64,000 nucleotides of DNA from a virus (taxonomy: Duplodnaviria; Heunggongvirae; Uroviricota; Caudoviricetes). The stretch is taken from the IMG/VR virus record IMGVR_UViG_3300010412_000010, positions 14,463-78,462 of that record. One strand, written 5' to 3'. The notes under the pieces are model-generated. The model did not search any database. It was not told the origin of the DNA and saw only the letters and a program-made list of their open reading frames with translations. Numbering within the stretch: the stretch's first letter is position 1; the number at the start of each line of letters is the position of its first letter. The translations under genes and the position numbers were made by a program. Shown one piece after another: positions 31,188-38,785 of this stretch.

Positions 31188-31262
31188 GCCCTGTTCGTCT
31201 ATCGGTTAGGACACCCGGTTTTCAACCGGACAAGAAGAGTTCGATTCTCTTACAGGGTACCA
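31188..31262 (+). tRNA. tRNA-Glu (TTC)
   Basis: Resembles E. coli tRNA-Glu (ttcgtcta...); anticodon loop ttTTCaa; T arm aagag-ttcgatt-ctctt; CCA. Confidence 0.75.
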
Positions 31263-31459
31263 CTTTTTTGGAGTGATGTGATAAACGAATTTGACCGACG
31301 AATTGAAGAAAAACGCCGACGCAGAAACGCCGAAGTTTCGATTATCGTGTCTGGTAAAGAGACTCCATTGTCTCTTGGTCGAAAAAATTTTTGCTTAAAA
31401 GGCGTTGATTTGTCGTCCAAAAGAAGAAGCGCTACCCTGTATGATATTTTTTAATATTT

Positions 31460-31534
31460 GCGTCGATGGCCGAATGTTTAGGCAGCGGATTGCAAATCCG
31501 TTTTATATCGGTTAGAATCCGGTTCGGCGCTCCA
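31460..31534 (+). tRNA. tRNA-Cys (GCA)
   Basis: Anticodon loop ttGCAaa; acceptor gcgtcga/tcggcgc; CCA. Confidence 0.8.
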
Positions 31535-31580
31535 ATTTTTTGTGTGTGTTGTTATTAATAAGCCAAAGGAGGCTATTGAA

Positions 31581-32522
31581 ATGAAAAAATTGTTATATGG
31601 TGTATTTGCATTGATTTCGCTCACGCTTGTTGCGTGTGGTGCGAAAGTTGAAGTTCCACCTGCACATGTGGGTAAAGTGCTAACCAAAAATGGCTATGCG
31701 CCGGAAACCATCACTCCAAGTAAATTCCGTCTTCCGCCGTGTTGGGTATATTGCGACAAGCTTGTGTTGTTGCAGGCCAATGATGCCGGTATCAAGGAAG
31801 AATTTGAATTATTCATGCCGAAAGACAAGCTGAACCTTCATGTCGAGGTTCGTGGTACGCTGTCAATTCAAAGTGACCCAAAAACTGTTGATGCTCTGTA
31901 TTCGAGAATCGTAGCAACTGAAGATGCGAAAACCGATGTATCGACTATTACGGTATCCCAGATTTATGGCGTATATGGTCAACAAGCGCTGCGCGGTATC
32001 GTTCGAAGTGAATTGGTGAAATATACAATTTCCGAAATTCTGGAAAACCGCGATACTGTTGGTGAATCAATTCATGCGGCACTGACGAAAAAACTACAGG
32101 AAACACATACACCAATTGTGGTGAGTCGATTTGAGTTGGCCGATATCCAACCACCGGCAATTATCGTGAAGGCACAGGAAGCGGCCAAGAAGCGAGAAAT
32201 TGATATCCAGACCGCCGAGGCAAACGCCCAAGTACAACTGGTAGAAGCAGAACGCGCACTGGAAGTCGCCAAAAAAGACCGATTGGTTGAGCGCGAAAAA
32301 GCGGAAGCTATTGCGGAACAGAACCGTATTGCTGCACAAAGTATCACTCCACAATTGCTTGCATATCGCCGATTGGAAGTTGCCGAACGGATTTATTCTG
32401 AATTGGCTAAGTCCAATAATGTGGTAATCGTTCCTGCTGACGCAAGTTCGTTTTCAACTATTACCGATGATGCAGTCCTTGCGAAAATGCTTGGACAGGA
32501 ATTCAAGGGAGTTAAGAAATAA
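31581..32522 (+). CDS. SPFH/band-7 (prohibitin/HflKC-like) domain lipoprotein
   Basis: RBS AAGGAGG; signal peptide with lipobox LVAC; SPFH core and C-terminal coiled coil (AAQSITPQLLAYRRLEVAERIYSELAKSNNVVIVP). Confidence 0.6.
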   Translation: MKKLLYGVFALISLTLVACGAKVEVPPAHVGKVLTKNGYAPETITPSKFRLPPCWVYCDKLVLLQANDAGIKEEFELFMPKDKLNLHVEVRGTLSIQSDPKTVDALYSRIVATEDAKTDVSTITVSQIYGVYGQQALRGIVRSELVKYTISEILENRDTVGESIHAALTKKLQETHTPIVVSRFELADIQPPAIIVKAQEAAKKREIDIQTAEANAQVQLVEAERALEVAKKDRLVEREKAEAIAEQNRIAAQSITPQLLAYRRLEVAERIYSELAKSNNVVIVPADASSFSTITDDAVLAKMLGQEFKGVKK

Positions 32523-32863
32523 TGAACGCGCTGTTTAACCTGTTCCTGTTTGCTACAACTGCTGTTGGGTTGTGTTTGGTGTACTGGGTATTGCCGTCTG
32601 AATTTTGGGCGGCTCTTCCAGAACCCGTAGCGAAGAATCGGAAAAAAATTCTTGGTTTCTTTGTGTTGATTGTGTTGATTATCGGTGGATATTCGTCTCT
32701 GAACACATATGGAATCCGGAATAATGTTTCTGTTTCTGGTGGAACCTATGTTCCTGAACAACAAGAAGTACCAGAAACAAAAGACATTTTTTCAAAAGAA
32801 AAAGACCGCTCTTCGGTGTTTAGTGACCGATTGGATGATGAGAAGGTTGATGGCACATTATGA
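32522..32863 (+). CDS. small membrane protein, possible NfeD-like partner of the SPFH protein
   Basis: Two TM helices followed by a soluble C-terminal domain; start overlaps the SPFH stop (TAATG). Confidence 0.35.
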   Translation: MNALFNLFLFATTAVGLCLVYWVLPSEFWAALPEPVAKNRKKILGFFVLIVLIIGGYSSLNTYGIRNNVSVSGGTYVPEQQEVPETKDIFSKEKDRSSVFSDRLDDEKVDGTL

Positions 32864-33789
32864 TTCCGGTGGATGCTCGCCCAGAGCAATACAAACAAGA
32901 GCACTGTTGGCAATATGATATTAGGCTCAATAATCTGAAAGAAGACATGTTGCGTGATGGTATTTCGGAAGAAGACCTGTCCAACATGTCGATTTCAGAT
33001 TTTGAGTTTTCGTTTGTCGACAAATCAAACAAAGTTGTTTTTGCGGAAGTTGTTGGGTTTATCGAGCGACACGAATGGCTTGGAAAAATGTCTTTGTATC
33101 CAACCCATTTGTTTGTGGCAAGATATAAACACAGAATTGTTCCGGGTTCTCTTTCAAAAAATGTTCTTGCTGGCGTAATCGTAATGGACATGCCAGCATC
33201 ATTCTCAAATCTTCTTGGCAAAGACACCAGAAAAATCGAACGGTTGGTTTCTCGTGGAGCATGTATTTCTTGGTCTCCAAAAAATTTGGCCAGTTCGTTG
33301 TTGATGTATTCAATCAAGTGGATGGTCGCCAATACCCAGTATCGACTTTTTACCGCATATTCCGACCCAGAAGCAAGAGAGCTTGGAACGATTTATCAAG
33401 CTTGTAATTTTACTTACATTGGCCAGAATTTTGGTGTCGGTAAAAAATATAGATACCCAAATACAGACCGATGGATTAGTGACCGTAGCTTTCGGTCTCG
33501 TTCGGCATATCGTCGCTACGCAAAGGCTCTAGGAATCGCTTGGCAGGATTCTTGGCAGCTTGCCGGTAAGGATACTATTGATTGGACAAAAGTTCCTGAT
33601 GATGTCGAGGATGCGCTACGAGCAGAATCCAAGAGACAATACCAGATATGTGATGTCAGAGAGACGCCAAGCAAGCATAAATATTGCTACATTTTAGGTA
33701 GAACCAAGAAAGAGACAAAAATTCTCAAAAAAAGATTTGCCGAATTGAACCCAAACCTGATAAATTTACCATATCCAAAATCAAGATAA
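32860..33789 (+). CDS. hypothetical protein
   Basis: 309-aa ORF, no family recognised. Confidence 0.4.
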   Translation: MIPVDARPEQYKQEHCWQYDIRLNNLKEDMLRDGISEEDLSNMSISDFEFSFVDKSNKVVFAEVVGFIERHEWLGKMSLYPTHLFVARYKHRIVPGSLSKNVLAGVIVMDMPASFSNLLGKDTRKIERLVSRGACISWSPKNLASSLLMYSIKWMVANTQYRLFTAYSDPEARELGTIYQACNFTYIGQNFGVGKKYRYPNTDRWISDRSFRSRSAYRRYAKALGIAWQDSWQLAGKDTIDWTKVPDDVEDALRAESKRQYQICDVRETPSKHKYCYILGRTKKETKILKKRFAELNPNLINLPYPKSR

Positions 33790-34077
33790 ATGTTGAATAC
33801 TTTGACTGATTGTCCGAGAGTTCTCAACAAGAATACGGATGACATTCCCGCCGATGCGGTATACATAGGAAGACCAAGTAAGTTTGGAAATCCATATGTA
33901 ATTGGCAGGGATGGAACCAGAAAAGAAGTTGTTGAAAAGTACAGGATGTATTTGCTTTCCAATCAACAGTTGGTTATAATGGCCAAGTTGGAGTTGAAGG
34001 GAAAGGATTTGGTTTGTCATTGTAGTCCGCAATTGTGTCATGGACATGTGTTGTTGGCTGTTGTGAATGACCAATGA
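33790..34077 (+). CDS. small Cys/His-motif protein (DUF4326-like)
   Basis: YIGRPSKFGNPY...CHCSPQLCHGH pattern. Confidence 0.4.
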   Translation: MLNTLTDCPRVLNKNTDDIPADAVYIGRPSKFGNPYVIGRDGTRKEVVEKYRMYLLSNQQLVIMAKLELKGKDLVCHCSPQLCHGHVLLAVVNDQ

Positions 34078-34277
34078 AGTCTGCCAGAGATAACCGTCTG
34101 GCTAGTCGGGGTGGTGGCCGATGAACTGAAAGCTGGCGTGGTGCCAGTACAAACCACTGGCGTGGCATGGCCAGAACATGCTCGGCACTGGCTTGTCGTG
34201 AGTTGGTATGGGATGGAGCGCACATTTCCCCCCAGTTATGGCGCTGGGAAGTTACCGCCAACATGCCTAATATTTTG

Positions 34278-34353
34278 AGCCTTTAGCTCAGTTGGTTAGA
34301 GCAGTCCGCTCATAACGGATAGGTCGTAGGTTCAAGTCCTACAAGGCTCACCA
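34278..34353 (+). tRNA. tRNA-Met (CAT)
   Basis: Canonical D arm tagctcagttggttagagc; anticodon loop ctCATaa; T arm gtagg-ttcaagt-cctac; CCA. Confidence 0.8.
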
Positions 34354-34513
34354 GAACTGGTGATAGTCCAGATACCGAAACCAGAAATGGACGACCATGT
34401 GCTATGGTGGTAGTAAGAAGTACAATGAACCCACCGTCGGGATATACAACACCGACCACCATATATGCGGCAATATAAATACATGATATCGTCCATTAGA
34501 AGGATTTAATATC

Positions 34514-35386
34514 GTGTGTATTGTTGCCGCAAAATATTTCAAAGGAACGGGTTGGGTTGGTGTAAAAAACCGAGACCGTAACTATAAGCCTACGGTAAAA
34601 ATTCGCCAAAGTTTCAAAAAAGATATAGAACGCCTGTATATTTGGGACGAAAAGACCAAATATACAGAAGGGTTGAACGAGTTCGGAGTCTGCATTTTGT
34701 CTGCTGCCGTGGCGGTAAAGGATGACGAAAAGGAAGGTTCGAAGGAAGAAGAAAATCCTGATAAGGTGTTTTATTCGCCAGACGGAAAAAAGGTAAGAAC
34801 CGCTCTTTTTGAAAAAACAGTAGACAAAGCACTGAAGAAATTGATTGAGTTGGAAATTGCCGGAAACACACTGGTGTTTGATACAGAAACTCTTTATTTG
34901 TTGGAAGGCGCGTTTGACGAAGATGATAACTATCAACATGTCGTGAAGAAGATTCCAAAGACGGAAACGATTGTTCGCACAAATCATGGCGTGTTGATTC
35001 CTTGGGCCGGTTATCAAAACGACGAAGAATCCGATGACCACGAACGGGCGGCACGAATTTCTTCGGAGTCGAGACTGAAAAAAGTTCGAGAGGATATCAA
35101 AAAAATTACGGTTCCGGAAAACATGTTTGATTGTGTTTCTGATACCAGTAACAAAGACCCACAGTTGAATCCGATTCGGTTGGAAAAAACTCACGGAAAA
35201 ACAATCATGCGCACCACTGGCCAATTGATGATTGTTTCTTCAGAAAAAACTCTTCACTACAGACCGATTTGGTCGGAAGTTGAGTTTGATTTTGGAAAAA
35301 TTGACCACCCATCGAAGAAGACATCGTTTGAGGTGGTATCCAGCAAGCGACTATTGTCGTTCAAGGAATGTGTAGAAAAAGCTTGA
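34514..35386 (+). CDS. N-terminal-nucleophile hydrolase, choloylglycine hydrolase/penicillin V acylase family-like
   Basis: GTG start; N-terminus fM-C2-IVAA with K18-N19-R20-D21 resembles the CGH catalytic signature C2...R18-N19-x-D21. Confidence 0.35.
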   Translation: MCIVAAKYFKGTGWVGVKNRDRNYKPTVKIRQSFKKDIERLYIWDEKTKYTEGLNEFGVCILSAAVAVKDDEKEGSKEEENPDKVFYSPDGKKVRTALFEKTVDKALKKLIELEIAGNTLVFDTETLYLLEGAFDEDDNYQHVVKKIPKTETIVRTNHGVLIPWAGYQNDEESDDHERAARISSESRLKKVREDIKKITVPENMFDCVSDTSNKDPQLNPIRLEKTHGKTIMRTTGQLMIVSSEKTLHYRPIWSEVEFDFGKIDHPSKKTSFEVVSSKRLLSFKECVEKA

Positions 35387-35420
35387 CATTGGTTGATTTG
35401 GTGGGTTAGAATTTGCGGAT

Positions 35421-35497
35421 GCGTCCTTAGCTCAGTTGAATAGAGCAATTGCCTTCGAAGCAATCGGTCGCTGGTTTGAGTCCAGCAGGGCGCACCA
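35421..35497 (+). tRNA. tRNA-Arg (TCG)
   Basis: Anticodon arm attgc-ctTCGaa-gcaat; T arm gctgg-tttgagt-ccagc; CCA. Confidence 0.75.
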
Positions 35498-35526
35498 GAT
35501 TTTTAATGTGTTGATGAGGAAATATC

Positions 35527-35862
35527 ATGGCAAAGTTGAAGGCCAGTGCGGCTAAAAAAAATCGTCATAATGTGTACAAGACTGCCAATGTGGCGTCAAA
35601 AAACAAGGCAAAAAAACTAAAGCGTCATTTGAAGCAGAATCCGAATGACGCTGTTGCCAAAAGTGCACTTGACAATCCGAAGCCGTATGCCAAGAAAAAA
35701 CCGAAGACCCATAAGTGGACTGCCCCACTGTCTGCGTTTTTTGCTGAGTATGCGCGGGTATGTCGTGCGTTGAATGCTGATGCGTATGCTTCTGGCACAT
35801 TCAAGGAAAAGGCCGTTCCGTATTTTCCAAAGCCAGAAGAAAAGAAAAAGCGCACTGACTAA
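35527..35862 (+). CDS. small lysine-rich basic protein
   Basis: 111 aa, roughly 25% Lys/Arg, N-terminus MAKLKASAAKKNRHNVYK; possibly a nucleic-acid-binding or ribosomal-protein-like protein. Confidence 0.4.
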   Translation: MAKLKASAAKKNRHNVYKTANVASKNKAKKLKRHLKQNPNDAVAKSALDNPKPYAKKKPKTHKWTAPLSAFFAEYARVCRALNADAYASGTFKEKAVPYFPKPEEKKKRTD

Positions 35863-35909
35863 AACTCAGATAAATAAACACACATTGTGTTGATATGAAC
35901 ACATTTTGT

Positions 35910-35983
35910 GGCCGGTTAGTTCAATGGGAGAACGCCGCTCTTACAAGGCGGGTACGATAGTTCGATTCTATCACCGGCTACCA
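35910..35983 (+). tRNA. tRNA-Val (TAC)
   Basis: Anticodon arm ccgct-ctTACaa-ggcgg; T arm gatag-ttcgatt-ctatc; CCA. Confidence 0.75.
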
Positions 35984-36000
35984 TTTTTGGGTGATTTTGT

Positions 36001-36348
36001 ATGTCAAAAGATGTTTCTGATTTTTTACAAAATGCCAAGACCGAGGGTGAAACTCTTCGGTCGTTGGATAAACAACAAAAAAAGACAGAAAAGACGGTTG
36101 TTGCGTGTGAGGTTGAAATTGCGAAGATGATATCGTCGCTGGTTTCTTCTGGGTGTACCAATCTAACCGTTGAGTTGGTGTCTGTTGTTAGTGCGTTGGT
36201 TGTTTCTGTTTGTCACCGATACACCGAAACACCGGAAGATTTTGAGCGAATGGTTTCGGTAATGACGAGCAATATCAATGACCTGTCATCGTTTATGCTG
36301 GCGCAAATACGCGAAATCGAAGCCGAAACGATTGTTGGCGATGAATAA
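36001..36348 (+). CDS. hypothetical protein
   Basis: 115-aa ORF between tRNA genes. Confidence 0.35.
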   Translation: MSKDVSDFLQNAKTEGETLRSLDKQQKKTEKTVVACEVEIAKMISSLVSSGCTNLTVELVSVVSALVVSVCHRYTETPEDFERMVSVMTSNINDLSSFMLAQIREIEAETIVGDE

Positions 36349-36369
36349 TAAATTCACATAATATTGATG

Positions 36370-36448
36370 GGGGCTAGGGACTGCTAGGAGTGGTCGCCTC
36401 TCTTGCACAGAGGATAACAGTTCAGTTCGAATCTGAATAGCTCCACCA
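36370..36448 (+). tRNA. tRNA-Ala (TGC), atypical (9-nt D-loop, 7-nt variable loop)
   Basis: Acceptor ggggcta/tagctcc; anticodon arm cctct-ctTGCac-agagg; T arm ttcag-ttcgaat-ctgaa; CCA. Confidence 0.5.
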
Positions 36449-36452
36449 TTTT

Positions 36453-36529
36453 GCGGTTGTAGCTCAGTAGAATAGAGCATTTGTCTACGAAACAAAAGGC
36501 CGCAGGTTTGAGTCCTGCCAACCGCACCA
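36453..36529 (+). tRNA. tRNA-Arg (ACG)
   Basis: Anticodon arm tttgt-ctACGaa-acaaa; T arm gcagg-tttgagt-cctgc; CCA. Confidence 0.75.
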
Positions 36530-36543
36530 GTTGAGGAATTGTC

Positions 36544-36888
36544 GTGTACGAATATAGGGCAACATTAGACAGAGTAGTCGATGGTGACACAATAGATGTC
36601 ATCATGGATTTGGGATTTGGTGTTTATAGCAAACAACGAATTCGTCTTGCTGTTATTGATTGTCCAGAAATGAATTCGTCCGATGAATCACAACGAGCAC
36701 TTGCAAAACAAGCAAAAGAGTTTGTTGAGCAATTGATTGCCAAGCACGGAACTGAGCTTGTTATCCGTACCGCAAAGTCGGATAAATATGGTCGATATAT
36801 CGGCTATGTTCGGTTTTACGATGACCACCAGATATCCATTCACGAAGAATTGTTGAAGTCTGGGTTGGCTGCTGTATATTCCAAGTAA
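36544..36888 (+). CDS. staphylococcal-nuclease (SNase/thermonuclease)-like nuclease
   Basis: VVDGDTIDV...RIRLAVIDCPE...DKYGRYIGYV...ELLKSGLA pattern of an SNase fold. Confidence 0.6.
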   Translation: MYEYRATLDRVVDGDTIDVIMDLGFGVYSKQRIRLAVIDCPEMNSSDESQRALAKQAKEFVEQLIAKHGTELVIRTAKSDKYGRYIGYVRFYDDHQISIHEELLKSGLAAVYSK

Positions 36889-37376
36889 TGGGAAATTACA
36901 ATTTTCGACAAGATTTGGATTTCGCGAAAAATACAGAAACGGTGGTTTCTGATATTTTGAAATCAAGAAATTTCAAAATAATTGATTTCTGTGACACCAA
37001 AGATTTTGACTTGTTGGTGGAGCATCCAACCAATGGCAAGACATATTCCATCGAAATCAAAGAAGATTTCATGGCCGCAGATACCGGAAATGTGGCCGTT
37101 GAGTATGAATGCAGGGGCAAATCTTCTGGTATTGCGTCTACGCGCGCGGACGCGTGGGCGTATGTGCTGCATGAGCGCGCGCGTGTGGGCGTATATTTGA
37201 TTTCTACGATAGACCTGATGTCGGCTATTAGGCAAGACAAACACCACAGGGAAGTCATTGGAGGCGATTTTGGAAGCAACACCAAAATGTGCCTGTTCAG
37301 GGTGGAATCGTTTAAGTCTATGTGTTTTTGTTTAGAATCCGACATTTCCGCTAAATATGGTATTGACAGTAAATAA
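36888..37376 (+). CDS. hypothetical protein, possible PD-(D/E)xK-type nuclease
   Basis: D...IEIKED / VAVEYE motifs; assignment weak. Confidence 0.3.
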   Translation: MGNYNFRQDLDFAKNTETVVSDILKSRNFKIIDFCDTKDFDLLVEHPTNGKTYSIEIKEDFMAADTGNVAVEYECRGKSSGIASTRADAWAYVLHERARVGVYLISTIDLMSAIRQDKHHREVIGGDFGSNTKMCLFRVESFKSMCFCLESDISAKYGIDSK

Positions 37377-37398
37377 CACGCTGTTATAATCGAGGTTT

Positions 37399-37488
37399 TG
37401 GAAGGGTGTCCGAGCGGCTTAAGGAACTGGTCTTGAAAACCAGCGAAGGAGAAATCCTTCCGTGAGTTCAAATCTCACCCCTTCCGCC
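37399..37488 (+). tRNA. tRNA-Ser (TGA)
   Basis: Type II, 90 nt; anticodon arm ctggt-ctTGAaa-accag; long variable arm; G73; CCA. Confidence 0.8.
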
Positions 37489-37507
37489 AATTATGGGTTG
37501 TTAAATA

Positions 37508-37592
37508 ATGGAGCGTAACCGAGTGGTCAAAGGTATCAGACTTTTAATCTGACGCGAAATGCTTCGGGGGTTCGAATCCCCCCGCTCCAACC
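37508..37592 (+). tRNA. type-II (long-variable-arm) tRNA with apparent anticodon TTT; identity uncertain (Leu-like body, A73)
   Basis: Acceptor tggagcg/cgctcca; 3-bp D stem; anticodon arm tcaga-cTTTTaa-tctga; 14-nt variable arm; T arm ggggg-ttcgaat-ccccc; CCA. Confidence 0.5.
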
Positions 37593-37611
37593 ACTTTATC
37601 AAGAGGATGTT

Positions 37612-38172
37612 ATGTCTCAGGCGTCTATTGCATATTGGATTGACCCCAAGGGTAAGCTTGTATCTGGTGGGTTGAAACGACACATCGAATTGGTTGCGGC
37701 TTCGCCAACCAAATTCTTAATTTCTAAAAAAGAAGTCGAATCCATCTATAACAAACACAATGAAGTTGTTGGAACAGAAGGTAAGGCGCGGGAAGAAATT
37801 ATCAAAAAAATCCTTAGCGTTGGTTTTATTCGCCTACGCATTTATCCAAACGATTATTGGAGTGTGACTGTCGATACATTCAATCGTCGAGCAAAGGTTG
37901 CGTTACAGAAATGGGCACAACAGGAAGGCGGACTGATGCCTGTGAAAATTTCACAATCAGGAAAGCCATCCGCAAAAACGATTGAATATACCGTAGATGA
38001 ACTTGCAAATGGCGACCATTTGTTTGAGCAAGCAGACTATGAGCTTGCAAAAACATTTACCATTGAGGTTGTCGATATTGAACATTTTGGTTTTGATGTT
38101 GATGATAACGCGGTGATTTTCAATCGAAACCTAGTGATTGAAACTTTGAAGAAATGTGGGCGATTAGTTTAA
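37612..38172 (+). CDS. hypothetical protein
   Basis: 186-aa ORF; its last 15 nt overlap the acceptor stem of the following tRNA-like gene. Confidence 0.4.
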   Translation: MSQASIAYWIDPKGKLVSGGLKRHIELVAASPTKFLISKKEVESIYNKHNEVVGTEGKAREEIIKKILSVGFIRLRIYPNDYWSVTVDTFNRRAKVALQKWAQQEGGLMPVKISQSGKPSAKTIEYTVDELANGDHLFEQADYELAKTFTIEVVDIEHFGFDVDDNAVIFNRNLVIETLKKCGRLV

Positions 38173-38252
38173 TTGGTAAAACACCAAGCTTATACCTTGG
38201 CATGGCACCAGATTAGTGCAAGTTGTCCGTTCGAATCGGACATCGCCCACCA
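38158..38252 (+). tRNA. atypical 95-nt tRNA, anticodon TAT (Ile-AUA?), ~24-nt variable arm
   Basis: Perfect acceptor gggcgat/atcgccc; D stem gttt/aaac; anticodon arm ccaag-ctTATac-cttgg; T arm gtccg-ttcgaat-cggac; CCA. Overlaps the CDS 3' end. Confidence 0.4.
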
Positions 38253-38269
38253 TAACACGGATTTATATT

Positions 38270-38779
38270 ATGCCCATGAAAGAAGTTGATTTTGATGTTG
38301 CAGAAATCAGAAAGGCGATTGAAGAAAGCACTGAAACCACTTCGATATATGTTGGTGCCGATTCAAAAAAATGTAGGGACAATGTTGTTTATGCGACAGT
38401 TGTTGTTTTGCATTTTGACTCCAAGCATGGTGGAAAGATTTTCAAGGACATTAAAATCGAACCGTATTATGGAAGCGTTCGGCAGAAATTGATGTTCGAA
38501 GTATACAAGGCTGCTGATATCGCATATAAAATCATGGATGTTGTTGGTGCTCGCAGGTTTCAGATTCATTTGGATTTGAACCCAAACAAAGACCAGTTAA
38601 GCAACATTGTTGTGAAAGAGGCGACTGGTTATATTCTGGGTACTGTTGGGTTTGCGCCAACATTGAAACCGGACGCGTTTGCTGCATCCACTGCTGCTGA
38701 TGAATTTGCAGTAAAGAATGCTAAATTTGGTAGGAAGTTTTTCAGGAAAAGGCGAAATAAAAAAAATCATGGTGGTTGA
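38270..38779 (+). CDS. hypothetical protein
   Basis: Start trimmed to ATG 38270 to clear the tRNA; basic C-terminus. Confidence 0.4.
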   Translation: MPMKEVDFDVAEIRKAIEESTETTSIYVGADSKKCRDNVVYATVVVLHFDSKHGGKIFKDIKIEPYYGSVRQKLMFEVYKAADIAYKIMDVVGARRFQIHLDLNPNKDQLSNIVVKEATGYILGTVGFAPTLKPDAFAASTAADEFAVKNAKFGRKFFRKRRNKKNHGG

Positions 38780-38785
38780 TATTAT

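Noticed and set aside
31167-31454. Six-frame ORF (95 aa) on the + strand
   Set aside because: It lies directly over tRNA-Glu and the tRNA spacer and has no RBS. It is most likely an artefact of the open frame through the tRNA.
35906-36161. ORFs on both strands overlapping tRNA-Val
   Set aside because: They coincide with a canonical tRNA. The real CDS starts at 36001.
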